The notes under the pieces: model-generated
What the model was told of the DNA's origin: nothing
What the model saw: the letters and a program-made list of their open reading frames with translations, nothing else
Databases searched by the model: none
In this document: piece by piece, positions 20,461 to 28,919 of the stretch
Numbering within the stretch: the first letter of the stretch is position 1
Layout: the number at the start of each line of letters is the position of its first letter
Source: Paludibacteraceae bacterium
GTDB lineage: Bacteria > Bacteroidota > Bacteroidia > Bacteroidales > Paludibacteraceae
Direction of reading: 5' to 3'
Length of the DNA stretch: 64,000 bases
Assembly (NCBI GenBank): GCA_045612045.1
Contig: JAZKYJ010000022.1
Span: 3,284 to 67,283, forward strand
Made by a program: the position numbers and the translations under genes

Positions 20461-21174
20461 TTATTCTTTAAAACTTATTTGGTGCATTTTCGTTAGGTTA
20501 TCATAGCGAAAATAGACATAGACTGATACGAACAAACTACCTACTAAATTTAGAATCAAGTCGGTCATTGTATCGCGTAGTGCTTCATGTCCACTAAGAG
20601 GGACATCATCTGGGAGCGGTAAAGAGGATGTGGTAGTGGCCATGAACTGCTGCGTATTGGTACAAAAGAAAGAATCATAGGCATATTCGCAAATCTCCCA
20701 CACCACCCCACAACTCACAGCAAAAAGCAGCACATAGAATGCAACAAATATTCTGCTGCTAAACACCTCCTTATGACCATCTTCGAAGATAATACTGATA
20801 ATCCATAGTCCTACAAATGCCAATACACAACCCGAAAAGAGATGCAGCGCAGAGTCCCACCAGCGGTACTTGCCATAGAAATTGAGTCCATCCCCCATAA
20901 TCATTGCCACAAAACCAAACGCAGCGCATAAGACGGTGATTAGCAACGGGATCTGTATCATAAATCTCTTGCGAAGTACAATAGGAAAAGTAAGAATCAG
21001 TAGAATAACTACGTATTGTACCCCACAGAAGAAGAGAACATGCGCAGTTGTCTCGGGCAGAACTGAGAGATACACCATATTCCCTACTCCCAATCCGATT
21101 GTTAGCGCAAACAACAAGTAATAAATACGCCTAAGGTGTTTGTTCAATGTGGAATGAGGTTTAGGTGATTTCAT
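20461..21174 (-). CDS. integral membrane protein, function unknown
   Basis: About six hydrophobic segments. The internal ATG (MKSPKP) at 21174 gives a 14-nt overlap with the upstream glycosyltransferase instead of 53 nt. Confidence 0.5.
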   Translation of the reverse strand: MKSPKPHSTLNKHLRRIYYLLFALTIGLGVGNMVYLSVLPETTAHVLFFCGVQYVVILLILTFPIVLRKRFMIQIPLLITVLCAAFGFVAMIMGDGLNFYGKYRWWDSALHLFSGCVLAFVGLWIISIIFEDGHKEVFSSRIFVAFYVLLFAVSCGVVWEICEYAYDSFFCTNTQQFMATTTSSLPLPDDVPLSGHEALRDTMTDLILNLVGSLFVSVYVYFRYDNLTKMHQISFKE

Positions 21175-22327
21175 TGTTGGTAGATGGTTTTTGATAGTGG
21201 CTTTTATCCTCAAGAATAAGGTTAATCACATCATCAGAGCTATGCGGATTTGCATTCATGCGTTGGTTAAGTAGCATCTGTTTGCGATAATGCGAATCTT
21301 CGCAAAGGCGCTTAGCTACAGCCACTTGCTGCTGAATATCGGAAGTGAAATACGACATACCATGCTGGTGAAAGAAATGTGCATTGTGATTCTCTAGCCC
21401 AGGAATAGGGTGCGTATGAATGAGCGGAATATTTTTCACAATCGCTTCTGTGGAAGTGATACCACCAGGTTTGGTAAATACTACGTCTGCTGCGTCCATC
21501 AGTACGGATACTTGGTTGGTAAAACCTAGCAGACATATTTGGCCACGCTCAGCAAACTGCTCTTGCAACGAGTGTAATAGATTTTCATTGCGCCCACAAA
21601 CGCATATGATGGAATCTTCCGAACGAACGTCCTTAAGTACTTGCTCTATCAATTGCTCCACATTGCCAAAGCCCATTGATCCAGACATTACTAAGTACCA
21701 ATGCCCGTCTTGACGCAAGTTTGTGTTAGAGTGTATGATCATAGCACGAGCCTTTGGTTTGGGTATTCGTGTGCTAAACTTTTTTTCATCCACAGGAATG
21801 CCAATGGGCACTAATTTTTCGCGCGGCAATCCTTTCTCTACAAACTCCTCAATGAGATGCTCGTGAGGGATGATATAGTAATCGAGATCAGTTTCTTGCA
21901 AAAAGGGGATACAAGTATAGTCCGTCATAATAAAATAGGTGGGGATATCCAAGTGCATATTGCGTTTGAGGGCAGTTATTGCCTCGGCAGGAAAGAGATG
22001 TACGCAGACAACCACATCAATGTGGTGTTTTTTGATATGATCATATAACTTCTTGGCGTATAACCTATTAGCTCCATAAACAAGCGACTGCCAAGCGTCT
22101 ATATTATCGCTAACAAACCCGCCAAATTTATAAACAAGCTCAAAGAGTGAACCACGTGTAGAAAACAGATAGGCATTGCCTACTCGCTGGGATAATCCCT
22201 CGCTTACAAGCGCGAGTGTGTCTTGGATTTCGCAACTGATACCTCGCCGTTGCATAGCGATCTGTAGGGCTTTGGCACAAGAGTTATGCCCCTCGCCTGT
22301 GTTGCAAGAAAGAATCAAAATTTTCAT
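21161..22327 (-). CDS. MGDG-synthase-family (UgtP-like) glycosyltransferase
   Basis: 388-aa ORF. N-terminus MKILILSCNTGEGHNSCAKAL and C-terminal GT-B region KPGGITSTEA are typical of diacylglycerol glycosyltransferases. Confidence 0.75.
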   Translation of the reverse strand: MKILILSCNTGEGHNSCAKALQIAMQRRGISCEIQDTLALVSEGLSQRVGNAYLFSTRGSLFELVYKFGGFVSDNIDAWQSLVYGANRLYAKKLYDHIKKHHIDVVVCVHLFPAEAITALKRNMHLDIPTYFIMTDYTCIPFLQETDLDYYIIPHEHLIEEFVEKGLPREKLVPIGIPVDEKKFSTRIPKPKARAMIIHSNTNLRQDGHWYLVMSGSMGFGNVEQLIEQVLKDVRSEDSIICVCGRNENLLHSLQEQFAERGQICLLGFTNQVSVLMDAADVVFTKPGGITSTEAIVKNIPLIHTHPIPGLENHNAHFFHQHGMSYFTSDIQQQVAVAKRLCEDSHYRKQMLLNQRMNANPHSSDDVINLILEDKSHYQKPSTNNEIT

Positions 22328-22375
22328 AGTTAAGCTTAGGTTTAGTTAGCTAGGCTATTGACAAATTCCGTGCCA

Positions 22376-22401
22376 ATTACGGGATCATAACGGGTTTATA
22401 C
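22376..22401. repeat. Copy of the intergenic motif ATTACGGGWTCATWACGGGTTYATAC
   Basis: attacgggatcataacgggtttatac matches 23 of 26 positions of 35345-35370. Confidence 0.7.
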
Positions 22402-22592
22402 AATACCCTTGCAATACCGTTACCACTCCGATACCACTACGGAGGGATAACGGAGGGATAAGCAAGGGATATAAATACAAGAACTTCCCACGGACACATT
22501 CACGGACACTTACAAAAAGTCCGTAGAAATCCCTTGCAAAATCGTTTCTCCCTGAAAATCAATGTATATATTCATTCAATATAGAATGATAG

Positions 22593-22644
22593 TATTGAGG
22601 TTTTCGAGGTTTTATAGAATTTCAAAACCTCGAAAACCTCAATA
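22593..22644. repeat. Perfect 21-bp inverted repeat (hairpin) with a 10-nt loop
   Basis: tattgaggttttcgaggtttt (22593-22613) and aaaacctcgaaaacctcaata (22624-22644). Each arm is itself a tandem of gaggtttt. Confidence 0.9.
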
Positions 22645-22725
22645 ACCTCACTTACATTTTGGTTCATCCGCCACATGTCGTTTTCTTAACTATAGGTTAA
22701 CTATCCATTAACAAACTCCCCTGCG

Positions 22726-22733
22726 CAAAGGTA
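22726..22733 (-). promoter_or_regulatory. -7-like promoter box (TACCTTTG on minus strand) in the long non-coding gap
   Basis: Plus strand reads caaaggta, about 400 nt upstream of the glycosyltransferase ATG at 22327. It is the only good box I found in this gap. Confidence 0.3.
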
Positions 22734-22863
22734 GCGCAAGAGTAGCGGAATCGTCAACTAAAAAACAAACATGAAGTGACATTATCAATCGCTTCCCGCT
22801 TGTTTATTTTTTTAGAAAAAAGTTTTCGCGTGCCGAAAGTTGTGCCGAGTTTATTAGATATAT

Positions 22864-25620
22864 TTATTTCTTGGTTAGCTCTTCGTAGAGGTGGAAGAGG
22901 TGGGCGACGGTGTCGGACTCGGAGGTGGTGATAGGTAAGCCGTAGGCTTTCATCACAGCTTTGTCGTTGGCTTGGTGGGCACGGCGGAGTTCAACAGGCA
23001 TAGCCACCTCGTCATAAAGGTCAGCCAATGAGCAGTCGGGGTGGAGATTGCGGGCATCAAGGATGGCTTGCGCCGTGCGGGAGATCTCTGCCTCTTGCTC
23101 AGGAGTGATAGCAGGCCATGGGAAATTGTTGTAAACGATGTCCTTTGAGTAACGATAGTCGCTTTTCAATCGTCCGCATACTACACGCATCCATGCCATA
23201 TGCACATTGGAAGTGAGAATACCAAAGTGGTAGAGGGTGGCGTTGGGGATGATATGTGCAGAATCGCTTGTCAAACAAATAGGAGACAAATATCCCATAG
23301 GAATGTATCTTCTACGCTCTGATGATACACGCGGAATAATGATATATTCGCTCTCTGGCATATTCTCAACATGGAATCGTGTTGGTCTGTCTGCTAATTT
23401 GCGCGTACCTTCACTTTTACTTGCTAAACGGAAATTACGCACATTCTCCACGCGTTTGAGACATTCGGGCATTTGGCGTAGTTGGGCAGGAGAGCAATCA
23501 CCTAACCACAAACAATAACGAGGTCGATTGTTGATAAATTCATCGGAACCATACCAGGGGCGAAAATATGCTGCACTTTGAGGCTCTTTCTTGATGAATT
23601 CCTCTTTTTCAATTGGTTTGAAAAGATAGTTACTATCGTCAATAGGCTTATTTCCAATGCCTATTTCAGGTACATCACACAACGGTTTGCTTCTGCTACC
23701 TACAATTACATCACTAGCTTCTATCAAATATGGATTGATATTCTTGACAATATGTTCTTGTCCGCTATCGTATATTCGCTTTGTTTGATTGGTACGCGAG
23801 AAGCCAATAATGACACAATGCACATGCGCTTTGATGGATGCTTCGCTATCCCAACGGAAGGTACGGTATGCAAAATCAATGTGCATACCCATTTGCAAGA
23901 GCGGTGTCCACAATATAGCAGGTTGTTCACCTTGTGCGATGGAATTAGTAGATACTAATGCTGCACGAATATTGGAATTATTGTCCATCATTTGTGCCGC
24001 TTTCATATACCAACCGCCTACATAATCCAAGTTGCCCACATTCTTACAACCTACGAAGAGAGGCATAAGGTCGTCTTTCTGCTCTTGTGTCATTAGTCGT
24101 GCACCCACGAACGGAGGATTGCCGATGATATAGGAGAGTTGATAGGCTGGGCAGACTGTATTCCAATCAAGGGTGAGGGCGTTGCCTTCGACGATATTGG
24201 AATAGGATTTGAGCGGAAGGAAATCCAAGTCACGTTTAAGGATACGGCAAGTCTCGGCGAGCATTTGGCTCTCGGCAATCCACAGCGCAGTCTTGGCTAC
24301 GGTGGCAGCGAAATCATTGATCTCAATACCATAGAACTGATGGATAGAAACCTTGACACGGTCATCAAAGAAGTCCATCGTGGTTTGGTCGTTGAGCAGG
24401 GACTTGAGGCAAGTGTTCTCTAGGCGACGCAGCGATAGATAAGTTTCCGTGAGAAAGTTACCACTACCGCAAGCCGGATCAAGGAAGCGCAAGGTGGATA
24501 GACGCTCCTGGTAGTTGCGGAGCGATTGCTCGCGTTTGTTCTTCTGTGGGATAGCGAGAATACTATCCAATTCTTGGCTGAGGTCATTCAAGAATAGTGG
24601 GTCAATGACCTTGTGGATATTCTCGATGGAGGTATAGTGCATACCGCCAGAGCGGCGTGTCTCAGGGTTGAGGGTACTCTCAAAGATAGCACCGAAGATG
24701 GTGGGCGAAATCTCGCTCCAATCGAAGTCGTCGCTGGCTTTGCGCAAGAGGATTTCGCGGAGTTCGTCGGTGAACTGCGGAATAGATTTGTCTTGGATAG
24801 TGAACAATCCGCCATTGACGTATGGGAAGGCTTTGAGTTCTTCTTCGAGGTATGGGTCGCGCTCGTTGATGGGGGTATCAAGCACCTCAAAAAGATCGAG
24901 GAGTGCACGGCGGAGTTGCGAAGCAGGATAGCGGCTGATATAGTCGCCAAACTGTTGTTTTTTGCCAAAGATACCAGCATCTTCGGCATAGAGGCAGAAG
25001 ACAAGGCGCACGCAAAGGATATTGAGGCTATGGAGCGTATCAGCAGAGGTAGGGTCGATGTACTGCTGAAGGAGTTTGTCGTAGATTAGACCAATGAGCT
25101 GACCTGCTTTGACAGAGATCTCCATCTCGCGAGTGATGTGCGCGTTTGCGGTCTGCACGAGGAAAGATAGACGGTGGTACTCCTTATGGAAATTTGACAA
25201 CTCAATAATCTGTGGTTCACTATTAGGTTGGTTCATATCATAGACATACCAAGACCGGAAATTGCAGACTACAATCCACCGGGGATTCATATAGTGTGGC
25301 AAGTCGGCAGCGTAGCGTTTGGCTTGTTGGAAAGGTGTGAGCAGTGAGCCATCGGATTGCTTGATGGGCTTGGTGAGGTCGATATGACTACCTTTTTGCT
25401 CGATGAGCACCTTGGTAGAGGGAATATAACCATCAATGAAAGAGGTGTGGCTGAGTTTGACTTGATTCTCAAAGGATATGAAGCTACTGATATCTTGAAT
25501 GCCGAAGACATTGGATAGCAAGTCAAGCCAGAACTGCTGACTTTCGCCTTTCTCGTAGCCGCGGTTGGTCCAGTTGGCTTGGAATTGCAGCGCTGCGCTA
25601 TCTTGTTGGGTTTTATTCAT
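22864..25620 (-). CDS. MmeI-like single-chain type IIL (IIG) restriction-modification enzyme (nuclease + N6-adenine DNA methyltransferase + TRD)
   Basis: N-terminal D-x10-E-x-K pattern SFIDGYIPSTKVLIEQKG, SAM motif FLDPACGSGNFL and catalytic motif GNPPFVGAR, with about 400 aa of C-terminal region. ATG at 25620 (MNKTQQD) is preferred over the TTG track start at 25674. Confidence 0.8.
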   Translation of the reverse strand: MNKTQQDSAALQFQANWTNRGYEKGESQQFWLDLLSNVFGIQDISSFISFENQVKLSHTSFIDGYIPSTKVLIEQKGSHIDLTKPIKQSDGSLLTPFQQAKRYAADLPHYMNPRWIVVCNFRSWYVYDMNQPNSEPQIIELSNFHKEYHRLSFLVQTANAHITREMEISVKAGQLIGLIYDKLLQQYIDPTSADTLHSLNILCVRLVFCLYAEDAGIFGKKQQFGDYISRYPASQLRRALLDLFEVLDTPINERDPYLEEELKAFPYVNGGLFTIQDKSIPQFTDELREILLRKASDDFDWSEISPTIFGAIFESTLNPETRRSGGMHYTSIENIHKVIDPLFLNDLSQELDSILAIPQKNKREQSLRNYQERLSTLRFLDPACGSGNFLTETYLSLRRLENTCLKSLLNDQTTMDFFDDRVKVSIHQFYGIEINDFAATVAKTALWIAESQMLAETCRILKRDLDFLPLKSYSNIVEGNALTLDWNTVCPAYQLSYIIGNPPFVGARLMTQEQKDDLMPLFVGCKNVGNLDYVGGWYMKAAQMMDNNSNIRAALVSTNSIAQGEQPAILWTPLLQMGMHIDFAYRTFRWDSEASIKAHVHCVIIGFSRTNQTKRIYDSGQEHIVKNINPYLIEASDVIVGSRSKPLCDVPEIGIGNKPIDDSNYLFKPIEKEEFIKKEPQSAAYFRPWYGSDEFINNRPRYCLWLGDCSPAQLRQMPECLKRVENVRNFRLASKSEGTRKLADRPTRFHVENMPESEYIIIPRVSSERRRYIPMGYLSPICLTSDSAHIIPNATLYHFGILTSNVHMAWMRVVCGRLKSDYRYSKDIVYNNFPWPAITPEQEAEISRTAQAILDARNLHPDCSLADLYDEVAMPVELRRAHQANDKAVMKAYGLPITTSESDTVAHLFHLYEELTKK

Positions 25621-25740
25621 GGGGAACGTATAAGTATAAACTAATAAGTATGAACTATGAGTATTAGGGTGCAACGGTAGTGATTTTTTTTTGCAATGCA
25701 GATGTTAATATTGAACTATTCGGAAAAGCCTAATGATTGG

Positions 25741-26766
25741 CTAACGCTTCTCTTGCAAAGTGTTTTGCAATTCAATCAAGTCATCGTTGGCAGATGCTTC
25801 AAATAATTCTTGCGCGTCTGCTTCTGCGACTGCAAGCGCTTTACGTCTAGCATTGAATTGTTCATAAATAGACTCCACATGCGCCTCCATCTGCTTAACA
25901 CTCACACTTCCTGCTCCTTGCAATACAATCTTATTCTGAAAATTAAGCAATCCATCTACCGTCTCACGCCAATAACGCAGGTTCAAGTCTTTACGTTCTT
26001 TCACACGTAACTCAGCTGTATCTAAGAAAAGCACAGTCAGTCGATTTAGCGTATCTACCTCATCTTGAGAGAGATAATTCTTGGCAATGAAGATATCCTG
26101 CTTGCGCACCACGCTGCCTTTCCAAGAAGTAAGAGCCATGTTAGGTTGAGAAGCATCGGCACGATTAACAATGATCTCAGCAGCAGTTTGACCCGTAACT
26201 GCATAGAGTAGTTTGTTTTGCGTTTCGGCAAAGAACATTTGCGTAGCTTTATCTGTGCTATCATAATCGCTGCTAAGCGATAGCAAATCGCGCACTTTTT
26301 GATAAAAACGTTTCTCTGAAGCCCGAATTTCGCGTATACGCTCTAATAGTTCATCGAAATAATCAGGACGACCATTCGGATTCTTCAGTCGCTCATCATC
26401 CATCGTGAAACCCTTGATAAGATACTCCTTTAGATGCTGATTTGCCCAAATACGGAATTGAGTTCCGCGTTTACTACGAACACGAAAACCAATCGCCAAA
26501 ATCATATCTAAAGAATAGAAAGTGACATCATATTGCTTCCCATCTGCGGCAGTAGTTAAGTAATTCTTAACAACTGAATCTAATTGCAACTCATTTTCTT
26601 TCAGTATGTTAGATATATGCATACTGATATTTGGCTTAGAGGTGTCAAAAAGTTCTGCTAATTGATTTTGGTTCATCCACACACTACCATCACGAGCATA
26701 CAGCACTACGCTTGCACGCCCATCTACGGTATTGTAAATAATAAGACTGCTTTCGTTAGTATTCAT
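25741..26766 (-). CDS. RhuM-family protein
   Basis: 341-aa ORF. The N-terminal pattern IIYNT.DG...V.L......VW.NQ.QLAELF.TS..NISMHI.NI and then ILAIGFRVRS..GTQFRIWA match my recollection of the RhuM family commonly found in RM loci. Confidence 0.75.
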   Translation of the reverse strand: MNTNESSLIIYNTVDGRASVVLYARDGSVWMNQNQLAELFDTSKPNISMHISNILKENELQLDSVVKNYLTTAADGKQYDVTFYSLDMILAIGFRVRSKRGTQFRIWANQHLKEYLIKGFTMDDERLKNPNGRPDYFDELLERIREIRASEKRFYQKVRDLLSLSSDYDSTDKATQMFFAETQNKLLYAVTGQTAAEIIVNRADASQPNMALTSWKGSVVRKQDIFIAKNYLSQDEVDTLNRLTVLFLDTAELRVKERKDLNLRYWRETVDGLLNFQNKIVLQGAGSVSVKQMEAHVESIYEQFNARRKALAVAEADAQELFEASANDDLIELQNTLQEKR

Positions 26767-26789
26767 GGTGTTTGTTCTTGTTCCGACTA

Positions 26790-26797
26790 CAAAGTTA
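26790..26797 (-). promoter_or_regulatory. -7 promoter box (TAACTTTG on minus strand), proximal copy, for the RhuM gene
   Basis: Plus strand reads caaagtta inside cgactacaaagttacaa, 24 nt upstream of the ATG at 26766. Confidence 0.45.
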
Positions 26798-26816
26798 CAA
26801 CATTATATTTCGACTG

Positions 26817-26824
26817 CAAAGTTA
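26817..26824 (-). promoter_or_regulatory. -7 promoter box (TAACTTTG on minus strand), distal duplicate
   Basis: Plus strand reads caaagtta inside cgactgcaaagttacaa, a 16/17 direct repeat of the proximal block 27 bp away. Confidence 0.4.
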
Positions 26825-26863
26825 CAATTTTTTTCTGAAATATCTTTGGATACGCTCTTTTTT

Positions 26864-26902
26864 GGGTTATGGGACGCGCCAGAGGCGCTATGGGGTATAG
26901 GC
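26864..26902. repeat. Fragment of the GC-rich hairpin/CTGTAGG repeat family
   Basis: 26868-26891 (tatgggacgcgccagaggcgctat) is the exact reverse complement of 61722-61745. It lies just 3' of the aminotransferase stop. Confidence 0.85.
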
Positions 26903-26909
26903 AAGAAAA

Positions 26910-28241
26910 CTACTTATCGCAAAAATCCCTATTGAACAATGCTAAGCGGCGGTCGAGTTCTTCGAGTTGGTCGTCCTTGATGCAACTGACGCAAGCACGC
27001 ATACCTTCGCGTTTGGCACCCGTACTTGCCAGCGAGATAGCCGAGATACCATAGTAGATGATCTTATTGACCATCTTCTCGCCCGTCCAGTCCTTATAAC
27101 CAAAAGTAAAGAAGAAACCATCGCCTACCTCCTCGTCGTCGGCATCCTTGTCATAAACAATATGAAAACCGTTGCGAAGCATAATCTCCTTGACCAGCTT
27201 GGCCCTTCGCGCATACTCGCGGGTGGTAGTAACAAAATCGATCTTGCCCTGGCATGCTGCTTTGAACATAGCCGTCATAGCAAACTGAACGCTATGCGTA
27301 ACGCCAGAAGATAAGCTATAGAGGACATTATAAATGAAGTTGCGCAAGAACTCGCCATCGTTCTGATAACGCTCTGCCAAAGAAGCAAAACGGCGGTGAG
27401 CCAAGTATGGGTTGATGGCAATAATAGCTGCACGCTGGCCCGCATAAGAGAACATCTTGGAGCAAGAGATCATATGCAAGCAGTTGTTGGTATACTTACC
27501 CACAGTAGGTTGATACGGAGGTTCGTAAGGTACTCCTCGTTCGCTATCACGGAAATCCATATTGAGATATGCCAAGTCCTCGATAACTAAGACGTTATAC
27601 AAGGATGCGAGACGGCCGATGATCTCCAGTTCGCGCTCAGTAAGGCACATCCACGAAGGGTTATTAGGATTAGAGAAGAGCATAGCCGCAATACGGCCGG
27701 ACTTAAAATGACGTTCTAACTCCTCTGCCAAAGCCTCGCCACGGAAATCTGCCACATCAAAAGCATCTACACGTACGCCGATGACCTTGCATTGTTGTTT
27801 CTGCACAGGGAAACATGGATCTAGGAAAAGGATCGTGTCGCGCTTATCATCGAGTTGGGAAACGAGCATGTTTATGGCGAAAGCCGCTTGCATGCTACCT
27901 ACGGTAGGTACGATGCACTCGGTAGGGATATCGAGGTTCATGAACGCACGCACAAACTCACTACCCCAATGCTTGACCTCAGTTATACCCGTGATGAGTG
28001 GATACTTAGAGCCATAGCCAGCTTTGAGGGCTTTGTGTTCGGCAGCTATACCAATCTGCTCGGCAGGTAAGCCGGGCTCTCCAAGCTCCATATGGATGAA
28101 CTCTACGCCTGTAGCGCGTTCGATATCCTTGACCACGCCCACAAGCTGGCGAATGGATGAGGCGCCAAGTTCCTTGGCGTTGCGCAGACCAAAATCGATA
28201 CAGGTTTGATCCACGAGTTGTTTGTTGAGAGGGAAAGACAT
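26910..28241 (-). CDS. class I/II PLP-dependent aminotransferase
   Basis: 443-aa ORF. The lysine motif SCSKMFSYAGQRAA corresponds to the S-x-SK-x-F...G-x-R signature, and NPNNPS is upstream of it. Confidence 0.8.
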   Translation of the reverse strand: MSFPLNKQLVDQTCIDFGLRNAKELGASSIRQLVGVVKDIERATGVEFIHMELGEPGLPAEQIGIAAEHKALKAGYGSKYPLITGITEVKHWGSEFVRAFMNLDIPTECIVPTVGSMQAAFAINMLVSQLDDKRDTILFLDPCFPVQKQQCKVIGVRVDAFDVADFRGEALAEELERHFKSGRIAAMLFSNPNNPSWMCLTERELEIIGRLASLYNVLVIEDLAYLNMDFRDSERGVPYEPPYQPTVGKYTNNCLHMISCSKMFSYAGQRAAIIAINPYLAHRRFASLAERYQNDGEFLRNFIYNVLYSLSSGVTHSVQFAMTAMFKAACQGKIDFVTTTREYARRAKLVKEIMLRNGFHIVYDKDADDEEVGDGFFFTFGYKDWTGEKMVNKIIYYGISAISLASTGAKREGMRACVSCIKDDQLEELDRRLALFNRDFCDK

Positions 28242-28261
28242 AGTCTATTTATTAGTTCGTT

Positions 28262-28290
28262 TCACTTGTAGTCTACAGGGCGTCAGCCCG
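28262..28290. repeat. Short fragment of the same repeat family just 3' of iorB
   Basis: tcacttgtag + ctacagggcgtcagccc. This is a GGGC/GCCC mini-hairpin next to CTGTAG in reverse orientation, the same unit design as at 63100-63120. Confidence 0.5.
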
Positions 28291-28295
28291 ATCTA

Positions 28296-28892
28296 TTATC
28301 TATTATCTACAGACGCTTGCGCCGATCTATTATAACCTGCTTCAATAGCAGCGATATTGCTATTGACGATGGCTTCGCCTTTGCGGGCGAAGATACGACG
28401 CACACCATCGATGATCTTATCGTGATCAATACCCAACATAGGAATAGCGGCACCCAAAAGCACCATATTAGCCGCTTGAGCTGGTGCACCCGCATCTTTG
28501 GCCAGTGTCTCTACATCGACCAATACATGATGATCTAAGGCCTTAATATGTGAAAGAACCTCCTCTAAATCAGGATAGTTTGGGATATTGACAAATGGTT
28601 TGGATGAAGTAACTATCCATCCCTCTGGCTTGAGGTAGGACAAGTAACGGAGCGCCTCCATAGGCTCGAGCGAAATGATGATATCTGCCCCACCCTTGGG
28701 GATAAGATCTGAATAGATAGGATCAGAAGACAAACGTAGGTTGGACTGCACATCGCCTCCTCGTTGGCTCATGCCATGTACTTCGGCTTGCTTGAGATAA
28801 AGACCTTCGTTGAGGGCTGCATCGCCTATCACGGTGGCAATAGAGAGGATACCTTGGCCTCCTACGCCAGCTAGTATAATATCGCGTTTCAT
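28296..28892 (-). CDS. iorB: indolepyruvate:ferredoxin oxidoreductase subunit beta
   Basis: 198-aa ORF. The N-terminus ILAGVGGQGILSIATVIG....G......EVHGMSQRGG is the typical IorB pattern. Confidence 0.85.
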   Translation of the reverse strand: MKRDIILAGVGGQGILSIATVIGDAALNEGLYLKQAEVHGMSQRGGDVQSNLRLSSDPIYSDLIPKGGADIIISLEPMEALRYLSYLKPEGWIVTSSKPFVNIPNYPDLEEVLSHIKALDHHVLVDVETLAKDAGAPAQAANMVLLGAAIPMLGIDHDKIIDGVRRIFARKGEAIVNSNIAAIEAGYNRSAQASVDNR

Positions 28893-28919
28893 ATTGTGAA
28901 GTTTAGAAGTTCAAATGTT

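Noticed and set aside
21161-21213. A 53-nt overlap between the glycosyltransferase and the downstream membrane-protein ORF might be a frameshifted fusion or pseudogene.
   Set aside because: An internal ATG (21174) just before the first hydrophobic segment reduces the overlap to 14 nt, and both reading frames are otherwise intact.
25621-25674. N-terminal extensions in the ORF track: this one, plus 40040-40156 (nadE), 56213-56362 (GT2-kinase), 20392-20415 (CoA-transferase), 34809-34832 (TlpA-like), 9006-9017 (mfd) and 30519-30524 (iorA).
   Set aside because: They begin at non-ATG codons. They run through promoter boxes, terminators or the preceding gene, and encode low-complexity or hydrophobic junk before an obvious ATG with a family-typical N-terminus.
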